Positions 27,749 to 36,796 are shown, numbered from the stretch's first letter. The stretch: DNA of 64,000 nt from Verrucomicrobiia bacterium (GCA_036490655.1 DASXDM010000029.1:146670-210669); one strand, 5' to 3'. The notes: a model not told the origin generated them from the letters alone. Program-made: numbers and translations.

Positions 27749-28008
27749 TGGCTATGAAAAATTCGTAAAAAACCTTGGTTTTCGTGGGATGGCGAAAATT
27801 TGAATGTGAAATTCAAGTTCACGTTGGTTCCATCAACAATGGCTCAATCGGCTCCTTTACAACAATACCATTATCCCGGTAGGGATAAATCTTTTTTAGT
27901 GAGGTGTCCTTCTCAACACGACATGCCTGGCATTTTTGGTTCATATGAGAAGTGGCAGAATATCTAAACTGAAACTCAACGCAAAAACTGCAAGCGTGAA
28001 TTTTGAAG

Positions 28009-28818
28009 TCATTTCCAATCAAACACGGTTTCGGCGTCCAGATATTTCCATGAATTGCCTTTTTTCGTCATGGGCGCCGTGCGGCCGATATATTCCAGAA
28101 CTCGATGCGGTGCGGCCTGTTCGATGCCAAAGTAAATGGGATTTACGAATCGTGCGACGATCACATTGGCGGCGGTCATTTTCAGCCACACGGTTGGCTG
28201 CCCTGCCACCGGCTTTAATCCAGTAGTCTTGCGCAAGGTGAAGTTGAAAGCCCTGTCCCGCTCAAAGGCAACCATCGAAAATTTGAGCGTCGCTCCCTGC
28301 ATCAGCTCGTCCCAATGGATCAGGATGAAGGGATAGATCGAATCGTCAGTCAGCAGGTCTTTTGGAAGGTCTCGTGTTACGCCTTTGCCGCGGTCACCTG
28401 TGCCGGAGCCATGATTGATAATCAGTTTTTGCTGTCCGGCATGGTCGGGGTCGGCAACGATTTTCATTGTTCCCCACAGGCCGGCCTGGGGGTTATTCAT
28501 TTCAAAAGAGACCATGTTTCCAGATTCGTAGAGAACATGTTCCTGAGCAGCCACGCGGCCGTCTGGAGTGTTGAAGAGGCGGTCGACATGGACGGTGCTG
28601 CCTGAGCGCGTCGCGGTGCGACGAAAGGTGAACAGGATATTTGTCCGATCCGAACCGATGGCATACACAGTGCCGGTGAACAGGGGTATTTTAGCGTAAT
28701 CAAACGGTTCCGAAGCCGCCACCTGGTCCTGGCCTGACGCCAGACCGCGAGCGAGATACAAAATCAACAGGGTGATCACCTTAATGACGCCGCAGCATCG
28801 GTCGGTCAACTTATTCAT
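28009..28818 (-). CDS. Secreted hypothetical protein
   Basis: ATG at 28818 (MNKLTDRCCGVIKVITLLILYLARGLASG) gives a signal-like N-terminus. 269 aa with coherent non-repetitive composition. No family recognised. Confidence 0.55.
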   Translation of the reverse strand: MNKLTDRCCGVIKVITLLILYLARGLASGQDQVAASEPFDYAKIPLFTGTVYAIGSDRTNILFTFRRTATRSGSTVHVDRLFNTPDGRVAAQEHVLYESGNMVSFEMNNPQAGLWGTMKIVADPDHAGQQKLIINHGSGTGDRGKGVTRDLPKDLLTDDSIYPFILIHWDELMQGATLKFSMVAFERDRAFNFTLRKTTGLKPVAGQPTVWLKMTAANVIVARFVNPIYFGIEQAAPHRVLEYIGRTAPMTKKGNSWKYLDAETVFDWK

Positions 28819-28934
28819 GCGACACTGTAATCGTTGACGATGCCGAACTCCAAGACAGGTTTTCAAAAAAGTGATTTTTTGGAAGTCGACTCATTCCAGA
28901 GAGGTTGGGGTAAGAAAAGAAAACTGCTTTTACA

Positions 28935-29564
28935 TCACGGCCCGTTTAACTGAAAAAATAGATTTCCCGCGCCTGGCGTGACGTTGACACCTTCTGTGGT
29001 GCCATTAGTAAAAATGGGATCGCTATTCGTCGTCCAAGTCCCCGTCACCAAATTGCTGTTTTGCAGAACGATAAACCCGCCGGGAGGCACCGGCCAGGTC
29101 AGCATCAGATTCGTGCCGGTCGCCGCGATGGCCACGGATGGCGGCACGAGTGAGATCTGAAAGCTCACATCGGCAAGGTCATTTGTCGCAAGCTCATCCC
29201 CTCCCCCTGCCACGCTGGCCGTTCCGGAAAAAATTCCCACGGGAGCGGACGGATTGATATAAACGCCCATCGCGACGTCGCTGTATGTTTGATTGGAGGA
29301 AAAGATGCCCGGAATGTTTTGAAAGAAAAAATTGGTGTCTCCGGCCAGATAATTGGTCGCCGCATTGGTGAAGCTGAACTGGATGTTGTTCAGATACAGA
29401 TTTGTCAACGAGTTGTTGGTGAACGTACCGATAAAGATCACTTCATTGCTACCGCTCCCAGGCAGCGCTGCCGGGGTGAGTGAAAAAGTCAGGTTCGCCC
29501 GGGCCGGCATGGCCAACAGCGCCAGCGCGGCCAGCAATGCGGGAAGTATCAATCGTGTGCGCAT
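28935..29564 (-). CDS. Small secreted protein with C-terminal FFQL module
   Basis: ATG at 29564 gives the signal peptide MRTRLILPALLAALALLAMPARA. The tail is NLMLTWPVPPGGFIVLQNSNLVTGTWTT...GAGNLFFQLNGP. The start lies 1 nt after the stop of the upstream gene. Confidence 0.6.
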   Translation of the reverse strand: MRTRLILPALLAALALLAMPARANLTFSLTPAALPGSGSNEVIFIGTFTNNSLTNLYLNNIQFSFTNAATNYLAGDTNFFFQNIPGIFSSNQTYSDVAMGVYINPSAPVGIFSGTASVAGGGDELATNDLADVSFQISLVPPSVAIAATGTNLMLTWPVPPGGFIVLQNSNLVTGTWTTNSDPIFTNGTTEGVNVTPGAGNLFFQLNGP

Positions 29565-29565
29565 A

Positions 29566-31119
29566 TCATTGTCCGATCGCGAACAGCTTGGCGTTGTTGA
29601 TGGCATAAACGACACCGTTCACCCCGATGATGGTGGGTGTATACGCCTCGCCGATGCCGGTAGTGAGGACGTTCGTCTGGGTCAGCGTACTGGAAGTCAT
29701 GTCCCAGCGGTACAGTTTGCCATCCTCGTTATTGGCCAGGATGGATTTGGTGAAAGGATCGACGGCAGCGGAATTGATGCACCATTCGCGGACGGCGCCG
29801 GGATAACTATTGGTATATTCCGGGTCGGGCGTGGGACCCGCAATGGTCAGGACCTCGTTCATCACTGTACTACCGGAAATGGGATCGATTTCGCTGTTTT
29901 GCGGATCCAGGACGGCAATCTTATTTATACCATTGCCTCCCCCAAACCCGGCATAGTTATTATATTTGGTCATCAAAAGATAAGGCGATCCGCCATGATA
30001 CGACGGCACCATGGTGGCCGGCACAACCGAAGCGGTATCGTCCCAGCCAAACGCCCCGGGGAGTTTGAGTTGCGTCAATGTGCTGTTGAAGTGCAACAGC
30101 CAACCGCGGCTGTGGTTCGAACCCGAGGGCGATTCCAGCACGCCATAATAGACGTCGCCATCCGGCCCGACGGTGGGTGAAGCGGTGCCATTATCATTCA
30201 CGTTGGCGCTGGTGCCAGGACTCTTAACATCCTTGAGGAGGACATTGTGCAACGGGGTCAACGTCTGGCTGTCGAGCGCGGCCAGATAACCGGCACCGGA
30301 AATCCCGACAGTGGCAGCGACATAGAGCGTCTTGTGGTCATTGCTCAGAGCCGGGGAACAATTCAACGCAATGTTTGTGACGGTCGTCTTGCCCACGATA
30401 TTGCTGGCGGCCAGCCAAATGCCCGTGCCGTTGTAATCGATCCGCGCAATCCCGCCTTGAAGGTTAAGCGGGTTTGGGCCGGTGACCATAAATCCAAAGA
30501 AAATATCTCCGTACCGGTCAGATGTGATGGGCGTATTGATGAAGACGTTGGTTTGATACGCATTCGTGTTGGCGAGATAATTGGCCAGTCCATAGAACGC
30601 GATTTGGCCGATGACCGGAGAACTGCCCGCCTGATCCGGAGTATCGCAATAATAGATCGTCCCACCTGCTCCGGCGAAATAGAGCCGGTTGTTTGGCGTG
30701 AGCGCCGGTGAATAACCCGGAATCCAGGTTCCCGCCGCCAGGGGCGGCAAAATATAATCCGTGGATGCTGTCCAATTGGTTGCGCCAGTTGCGCCGGTCA
30801 ATGCCTCAACTTCAAATCCACCGTTGGTGCCGGTCTTGACGGGGATGATGACGGTGTTGGCGCGGGTGATGATTGGGGAGCCGTAATGGATGAGCAATTC
30901 GCTCCCGCTGTAATGGGGCGCCAGATCTACCGGCGTCTGCCATAAAATGCGATTGATGGACTGGGATGGCACGGGCGCGATGGCATCATGCTGCGCGTCA
31001 TGGCTGTAGCTGCTCCAGGGAATCCGAATGCTTTGCGCCGGCAAATTTTGCAGAAGCAAAAAAAACAGGGACAAAAGCAATACGAAGCATTTGGAGACGG
31101 CGCCGGCAAACCTCAACAT
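29566..31119 (-). CDS. Secreted beta-propeller-like (PQQ/BamB-type repeat) protein
   Basis: ATG at 31119 gives the signal peptide MLRFAGAVSKCFVLLLSLFFLLLQNLPAQS. Recurrent strand blocks (GTIYYCD, LYVAATVG, GDVYYGV, GVVYAINNAKLFAIGQ) suggest a propeller. The fold call is tentative. Confidence 0.65.
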   Translation of the reverse strand: MLRFAGAVSKCFVLLLSLFFLLLQNLPAQSIRIPWSSYSHDAQHDAIAPVPSQSINRILWQTPVDLAPHYSGSELLIHYGSPIITRANTVIIPVKTGTNGGFEVEALTGATGATNWTASTDYILPPLAAGTWIPGYSPALTPNNRLYFAGAGGTIYYCDTPDQAGSSPVIGQIAFYGLANYLANTNAYQTNVFINTPITSDRYGDIFFGFMVTGPNPLNLQGGIARIDYNGTGIWLAASNIVGKTTVTNIALNCSPALSNDHKTLYVAATVGISGAGYLAALDSQTLTPLHNVLLKDVKSPGTSANVNDNGTASPTVGPDGDVYYGVLESPSGSNHSRGWLLHFNSTLTQLKLPGAFGWDDTASVVPATMVPSYHGGSPYLLMTKYNNYAGFGGGNGINKIAVLDPQNSEIDPISGSTVMNEVLTIAGPTPDPEYTNSYPGAVREWCINSAAVDPFTKSILANNEDGKLYRWDMTSSTLTQTNVLTTGIGEAYTPTIIGVNGVVYAINNAKLFAIGQ

Positions 31120-31464
31120 GGTAATCTGTTTAGCACGATAAATTGCCGCAAACAAACTTTTTTGGGTGTTTTTTATCATTTCGTTCAAGAGGCTTGATTT
31201 TTTCTTGCTGATGCCTTCGCCAAGCCCGTAAAAACGGTTAAATTTAATCTTCTTTTCAAATTGAACTCGACACGCCAACCATAGCACGCATGGTGCCAAC
31301 GAAATAAACGTTGAAATGGCTTCTCGGCTACGAACGAAGTCAAAGCTCGCCTACATCAAACTAAACCGCCAAACGCCTTGCCCACCTCGTGGCGCTGTCC
31401 CGGTCAACACAAGGACATTGCAGGAGGTTCTTTCACTCGCAACGTCCGGATCGCTTTCGGTCAT

Positions 31465-31528
31465 GGCGGCGACCCTTTCAACTATGTCCGGACAAAATAA
31501 ACGTGCTGACCACAATCGCAACATCAGA
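31465..31528. repeat. 64-nt repeat module C, copy 1
   Basis: ggcggcgaccctttcaactatgtccggacaaaataaacgtgctgaccacaatcgcaacatcaga recurs at 32030-32093 with 3 mismatches. Confidence 0.8.
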
Positions 31529-31967
31529 AGCAGATTTAACAGGAGGAAACGGAGTAGCCTGAAAAAGCGGAAAACGGAAGGCGGAAATAACCGCAAAGAA
31601 CGCAAGGAACGCAAAAGACGGGGATTTGATCCGCATCCCGCAGGGCGGGAGCAGATATCCGCAGATTTTTTGGGCGGAACGCTGCTCCCGGCCAGCGCCA
31701 TTTGAAATGGTCATCGCATTCATACAGCATGATTTTAGCTTAAAACAGGAAAGTGTAATGTTGCCGGGCAACATAAAATGAATAGGCGGGTTGGCCGCGA
31801 AAAAGGGAGTTTAGACAGAATCAACAGAATGGACACAATTGCGGGTTGAGAAAACCGGATAGTACGCAGGGAGTTCTGTAGTCCCGACGGGACTCCGTCG
31901 GTAATGAATCACAAACCCACCGATAAATCAGTGGGCTATGGTCTCTCGCCCTGCCGGGCTTTCCCAG

Positions 31968-32027
31968 GGAGAGGGAACAGCGAGAGGACGATTTGCGTCG
32001 ATTGAATGCCTGGAAGAATGCGGCAGG
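31968..32027. repeat. 60-nt repeat module B, copy 1
   Basis: ggagagggaacagcgagaggacgatttgcgtcgattgaatgcctggaagaatgcggcagg recurs at 32184-32243 with 2 mismatches. Confidence 0.8.
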
Positions 32028-32029
32028 TT

Positions 32030-32093
32030 GGCGGCGACCCTTTCAACTATGTTCGAAGAAAATAAACGTGCTGACCACAATCGCAACATCAGA
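32030..32093. repeat. 64-nt repeat module C, copy 2
   Basis: Direct copy of 31465-31528. Confidence 0.8.
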
Positions 32094-32150
32094 GTTAATC
32101 TCGATGTGCGAAGACACCCCTTTTCCTTGAAAGAAGGCCTTTCTCTTTTC

Positions 32151-32196
32151 TCACCCCTCACCCTAACCCTCTCCCCGTTGAGGGGAGAGGGAACAG
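32151..32196. repeat. 46-nt hairpin element (REP-like), copy 1
   Basis: tcacccctcaccctaaccctctccccgttgaggggagagggaacag has a 10-bp stem (ccctctcccc / ggggagaggg). It is identical over 46/46 nt to 45255-45300. Confidence 0.85.
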
Positions 32197-32243
32197 TGAG
32201 AGGACGATTTGCGTCGATTGAATGCCTGGAAGAATGTGGCAGG
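32184..32243. repeat. 60-nt repeat module B, copy 2
   Basis: Direct copy of 31968-32027. It is fused to the 3' arm of the hairpin element. Confidence 0.8.
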
Positions 32244-32380
32244 CGTGAGTGCGCTCGCCCTACTAATTATTCAGAGACTCGTTACCTCGTCTCCTACCAG
32301 GATTTTATGGCTCGGCAGGAGCCTCGCCCTACCGGTGGGATTGAAGAAGAACCACCATGGCACAAGGAAAGATGGGAGGT

Positions 32381-32480
32381 ATTTCCGCCGCCCCGTTGGG
32401 GCGGATTCGTCTTTCTGAATTCGATTCCACGGGTTCCGCTGCGCTCCACCCGTGGCTACCGGCCTGCATCCCTTCGGATG
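32381..32480. repeat. 100-nt repeat module E, copy 1
   Basis: atttccgccgccccgttggggcggatt...ccacgggttccgctgcgctccacccgtggctaccggcctgcatcccttcggatg contains two internal hairpins. A second copy lies at 47003-47103 in the same orientation. Confidence 0.8.
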
Positions 32481-32662
32481 CGGAGAGCGTGGAAACTGAT
32501 TCAACTCTTTCAGAGTTGATGGCGGTGGATTGGTATCCCGGGGTAGCTCGTGCCTCGCAACCCCGGGCTGAATGATTTAATCCCTTCGGGATTAGTGTTT
32601 CTACAACGACGCTCGTTTTGGATTTCAGGGCTCGACGCTCGCCCCACCAGGCCGCTCGCTTA

Positions 32663-34003
32663 TCACTGCAGTTGCTGTGGCATTTGAAAAACGTAATCGT
32701 AGAGGGATGCCAGGGTCACACCGGTGGGCTTCAGGTTTTTGTTGAAGACAAACGTTGCCGCGGTCTCAAAATCACGGATGGTCAGGCAATAGGTATTATT
32801 GACCATGATGCCGAGCAACTCCCCTGCTCCACTGAAAACAAAGTCTCCACGCGACGGGTTGAATTGCCCAAAGAGTCCCTTAAGCAGGTTGCGATCCAGT
32901 TTCACGTATTGCGGCGTGTTCAGTTCGATCTGGAAACTGCATTGGCCGTAGTATCCCTCGTCAGCACCGATCAGGACGGCATCCTGGAATTTATAGGGGT
33001 CCGAAGAGAGACGATATATTTTGCTGCCAAGCTGGCGCGCTTCGTCTTGTGAAACGGGGATCATCACGACGCGCGGATCCTGGGCGTTGAACGAGAGCGC
33101 ATGGACCGGCACCTGTTCCGCATTGAAACTCAAATCGCCGGTCAACTTGTTCCAATCGGTGCCGGGGTCCCAAAGCTTCAAGGGGGTGGCATCCACATGG
33201 CAAACCGCATAAATATTGGTGCCATCGGTGACGAGGATCGTTTTGGTCTGTTTGTCCCGGGAAGTGTCCATGCTGAAAAAGCTGGTGCGCTCGCCGGAGA
33301 TGGCCGCATCGACGCGGTTGGAAACAAAGTCACTAAAGATGGTGTTCGGCGCGAGCACGGTGTTGTTGCGGATTTCGGCGGTCAATTCAGCCGAATTGGT
33401 CGCGAGAGATTTGAATCCTTCGGCCAGGCGGGCGTTTTCGGCCCGGGCCGCATCGATCTCCTGCTGCATGAGGTCGGCCTTCTGGGTCGCGGCCGTCTTC
33501 TCCACTTCAGCCAATTGCAGCTGGTTGACCAGTTGTTGCTGTTGCGCATCGGCCAACTGATTGCTCTGCGAAAGCTCTTTGAGTTGTGACCGGAGCGAAT
33601 CGGCCAATTGCGCCTGCTGCCGCTCTTCCGCCGTCCGCTCGGCGATCTGCTGCTGGGAGAGGGTTGAAGTATTTTGCAATTGTTGGTTCAGGCTGGCGAT
33701 ATTGGTCTGGGCGGCGGAAAATTGCTGCTGTAATTGTTCGTTTTGCGATTCCTGCGTCGTGGCCGTTTGGCGGGCGGAAGCGAGTTGCTGTTGCAGCTGC
33801 GCCTGGTTCTTGTGTTCATCCTGCAACGCCATTTTCATGACTGCCGCCAGATCGGTGTTGGCATTGGCCACTGGATTGGTGACGACTTCCATCGTGGCGA
33901 CCTGCCGCGAATTCTGGTTGGCCATGTGGTTGATGTCCGTTGAGAAGGTCAACAGGCTCAACAACAGGAAGTCACAAATGACGATGAGGATGCTGCGGTT
34001 CAT
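32663..34003 (-). CDS. Single-pass membrane protein with ExbD/TolR-like Asp-containing TM, long Gln-rich coiled coil and C-terminal globular domain
   Basis: 446 aa. The N-terminus MNRSILIVICDFLLLSLLTF has a lone Asp in the TM helix. About 170 aa of Gln-rich heptad-like sequence follow (QAQLQQQLASARQ...QQQQLVNQLQLAEVEK), then ~230 aa of non-repetitive sequence. The start overlaps the upstream stop (ATGA). Confidence 0.7.
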   Translation of the reverse strand: MNRSILIVICDFLLLSLLTFSTDINHMANQNSRQVATMEVVTNPVANANTDLAAVMKMALQDEHKNQAQLQQQLASARQTATTQESQNEQLQQQFSAAQTNIASLNQQLQNTSTLSQQQIAERTAEERQQAQLADSLRSQLKELSQSNQLADAQQQQLVNQLQLAEVEKTAATQKADLMQQEIDAARAENARLAEGFKSLATNSAELTAEIRNNTVLAPNTIFSDFVSNRVDAAISGERTSFFSMDTSRDKQTKTILVTDGTNIYAVCHVDATPLKLWDPGTDWNKLTGDLSFNAEQVPVHALSFNAQDPRVVMIPVSQDEARQLGSKIYRLSSDPYKFQDAVLIGADEGYYGQCSFQIELNTPQYVKLDRNLLKGLFGQFNPSRGDFVFSGAGELLGIMVNNTYCLTIRDFETAATFVFNKNLKPTGVTLASLYDYVFQMPQQLQ

Positions 34004-35724
34004 GACACGGCGGGCGTTGGGGTGGGCGTGAGGCGCGCGGGGGCGACCTGTCGTTCTTCATTGATGCTCTGGACTTCGGCATCCATCAGCAATCGCCGGC
34101 GCAGCGGGCGCAGATGGAAGATCTTGAAGATGACCACGAAAATGATCCCGAACGACGTGGAGGAGTAGGCGGCCATCAGGCTGAATTTGATCAACCCGAG
34201 CGAGGCGACGATCAGGGACACAATGGTCCCGACGAAGCCCAGATACAGGCCCGCGTCGAAGAGATGGTCTTCGTTCTCGAGCAGTTTCAATTTCATGCGC
34301 GGCGGGATTTTCTGGCGGCGGATCTCCGCCAGTTTCACGAGGCACGAGGTGTAGAGCAGCGCTTGCAGGACAAAAAACACCAGCAAGGTGATGAATATGG
34401 TTGGGTTCATAACAGTTTGGGTGACACCGGCGATTCCTGCGGGGACGCTTCCGCCCAACTGGGGCGACAGCAGTCGAAAAGAAAAATGTTGTCCTTTCTG
34501 GCTCTCCTGGGCGAGAAACGGCTCGCTCAAGAGCAACACGGCCAGCAGAAAACCGACGGAAAATAAAAATTCGCGCGCCAGGTGAAACCCGCGCACTTGC
34601 AAGGTCTTGTCGACCGGCGGGACCGCATAATGCAGCGCCATCGCCAGCGAAAATCCCGCGAGCAGATATAAAAGCCACTTTACCACCATCGCCAGCCAAA
34701 AATTTTGAACCGCCAGGCGCGCCGCCAAATGATAGATCCCCCCGGCCGGATGATAGGCCGTCACGCGACGTTCCAGAGCGGGGTTATATAATCGCACGCC
34801 GCCGACGGCCAATTTGCCCACGCCTCCCGCGCCATCCCGCAAGCTGACGCCGAGGTCCGCATAACCCGTGTCCGGAAATTTGACCACATAGTCCGAGACG
34901 GCCGCCGGATCGCCGGAGAGTTGCACCGCCGCGAACAAGACCGGAAGATTATCATTCGCATTTCGCACCAGGTTCGCCAGGTTATCGAGCGTCTCCGCGT
35001 CGGGGACGTCGGCCACAAACGCCGTCAATTGATCCCAGTTGAATCGTTGTCCGAGCGAAAGGAAATCCATCAGGGTCCGCTCCAGGGGGGCGGAATTCCC
35101 CACGTTGTTGGCCTGGCCGGCAAAATCCGAAATATCATTGTCCAAACTTTTTTGGAGCTTGTTGTTGTCCAGCAACAAGCCGCAGAGGCTGACCCCGGCA
35201 TCAAACGCTTGCCCCGAATCGGAAGTCGAGGAAGGCAAAGCAACGGTATTATTCAAGGAGCGGGTATGTAAAAGCGCAGAGACCGCGGGATTGGGAGAAT
35301 TTTCCAGGTGGGCGAGCGCGGCCTCGCGGTTTTCGCGCTGGATAAGAAATTGGGTCATCGAGGCCGAGGGGCTGGAATTGAAGATGTGTTCCGTGCCGGT
35401 ATCCGTCCCCCAAAAGAATGCCGTGGGATTTTGCATCACGAGGTTGGTGAGAGTCGCAGTCAATGACCCAACGCCGGGGATGTTTTCCATTTGCGCAGCC
35501 TGGGCCAGGAAGGCCGCCGCCCCCAATCGATTCCCTGCCGCAAGTGTTTTGGTTTGTCCGAGCAGCGATGAGGTACCCTGCCCCGCGGTGCGCAAAACGC
35601 CGCCGTCCACTGCGCTCCAATGCGCGGGGATCAGCAGGCCGCAGCCCAAAAGCACAATGCCCAGGACAGCGCAGATCAAAAAACCATAGAGCCGGCGAGG
35701 CTTCCTCGAATTGTTCACAACCAT
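34000..35724 (-). CDS. Polytopic membrane protein with MotA/ExbB/TolQ-like C-terminal channel helices
   Basis: 574 aa: an N-terminal TM, a ~300-aa soluble domain, then five TM helices. The last two (GLYLGFVGTIVSLIVASLGLI and SLMAAYSSTSFGIIFVVIFKIF) resemble the conserved helices of the MotA/TolQ/ExbB family. An AGGAG lies just upstream of the ATG. Confidence 0.7.
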   Translation of the reverse strand: MVVNNSRKPRRLYGFLICAVLGIVLLGCGLLIPAHWSAVDGGVLRTAGQGTSSLLGQTKTLAAGNRLGAAAFLAQAAQMENIPGVGSLTATLTNLVMQNPTAFFWGTDTGTEHIFNSSPSASMTQFLIQRENREAALAHLENSPNPAVSALLHTRSLNNTVALPSSTSDSGQAFDAGVSLCGLLLDNNKLQKSLDNDISDFAGQANNVGNSAPLERTLMDFLSLGQRFNWDQLTAFVADVPDAETLDNLANLVRNANDNLPVLFAAVQLSGDPAAVSDYVVKFPDTGYADLGVSLRDGAGGVGKLAVGGVRLYNPALERRVTAYHPAGGIYHLAARLAVQNFWLAMVVKWLLYLLAGFSLAMALHYAVPPVDKTLQVRGFHLAREFLFSVGFLLAVLLLSEPFLAQESQKGQHFSFRLLSPQLGGSVPAGIAGVTQTVMNPTIFITLLVFFVLQALLYTSCLVKLAEIRRQKIPPRMKLKLLENEDHLFDAGLYLGFVGTIVSLIVASLGLIKFSLMAAYSSTSFGIIFVVIFKIFHLRPLRRRLLMDAEVQSINEERQVAPARLTPTPTPAVS

Positions 35725-35848
35725 CTCTCCTTTTTTCTTTTATCGCGCACTCACCCCCAAGACGGAGCCAACCTCGCACAAAAAGTTTTCTTGTCTAAAA
35801 AATTTTTGAAAAAATAAAAAAACGAAGTGTAAAGAATTCCGACAGCTC

Positions 35849-36796
35849 TCAATCGCGATTTTTGATATCCCAGGCGTCGCGCAAACCATCGCCGAGAAAG
35901 TTGAGCGCGAGCAGTGTCGCCACCAAAATGCCACCAGGGAAAAGGATGAGCCACCAATAAATCCGGATGGGATTGATCTGCGAAACGCCCTCAGCCATAA
36001 GCGTACCCCAACTGGCCATCGGCGGTTCGACGCCCAGCCCGAGAAAACTCAAAAATGATTCATAAAGGATGATCGCCGGCAGCGAAAGCGCGAGATAGGT
36101 GATGACCACTCCGAAAATGTTCGGGATGATGTGACGCGCAATGACCCAATGCGGTTTGGCCCCCAACGCGCGGCTGGCCTCCACAAACGCGCGGGAACGC
36201 AATGACAGCACTTGTCCGCGCACAATGCGCGCCATCGTCAGCCACGAAACGGCCCCCAGGGCGGCAACCAACAAAGCGACGCGCAAACCACTTTCAAGAG
36301 ACGGAGAGTTTTTGACGAGGCTCGATTCTTTGATGACTTCACCCAGAGTCGCCAGCAGCACGATGACAAAAATGATCGTCGGCAGGGAATAAAGAACATC
36401 CACAATGCGCATGAGGATGGCATCGATGCGCCCGCCGGCGTAACCGGCGATCGCTCCCCATAAAACCCCGATGACAAGGCTGAGCAGCGCCCCAACGACA
36501 CCGACCAACAGTGAAATTTGCGCGCCAAAGAGCACGCGCGAAAACAGGTCGCGTCCATGCACGTCGGTGCCGAACCAATGTTGGGCGCCCGGCGGGGCAA
36601 ATTGCGCATCAGAAAGCTGGTCCGGGGCATGGGTCTGGGCAAATCGAGCCCCGCTCATTTTTAAGACAAACGGCCATAGCACCACTACGGCCAGCAGCGC
36701 GATCAGAAACCAGGCGCTGATGACCGCCGGACGATTTTTTAAAAATCGCAGCCAGGCCCTTCGGGCCGGGGAAATATGTCCGTGAAGGTCACTCAT
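35849..36796 (-). CDS. Oligopeptide/dipeptide-type ABC transporter permease (OppC/DppC-like)
   Basis: 315-aa, 6-TM permease with the EAA-type loop region FVEASRALGAKPHWVIARHIIPN. It overlaps the upstream permease gene by 8 nt. Confidence 0.9.
   Translation of the reverse strand: MSDLHGHISPARRAWLRFLKNRPAVISAWFLIALLAVVVLWPFVLKMSGARFAQTHAPDQLSDAQFAPPGAQHWFGTDVHGRDLFSRVLFGAQISLLVGVVGALLSLVIGVLWGAIAGYAGGRIDAILMRIVDVLYSLPTIIFVIVLLATLGEVIKESSLVKNSPSLESGLRVALLVAALGAVSWLTMARIVRGQVLSLRSRAFVEASRALGAKPHWVIARHIIPNIFGVVITYLALSLPAIILYESFLSFLGLGVEPPMASWGTLMAEGVSQINPIRIYWWLILFPGGILVATLLALNFLGDGLRDAWDIKNRD

Noticed and set aside
31465-32480. Possible CRISPR array, suggested by multiple short direct repeats here and at 45045-45600.
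   Set aside because: The repeat units belong to several different families of 46-150 nt and are irregularly spaced, sometimes abutting each other. There are no uniform repeat-spacer units and no cas genes in the window.
31316-32575. Several 64-193-aa ORFs on both strands (31316-31705 +, 31351-31701 -, 31938-32519 +, 32271-32504 - and others) in the 31.1-32.7 kb region.
   Set aside because: They overlap one another on opposite strands and consist of translated repeat modules (the same peptides recur at 45.0-45.7 and 47.0-47.3 kb). They have no start context or domain signature. I treat the region as non-coding repeat DNA.
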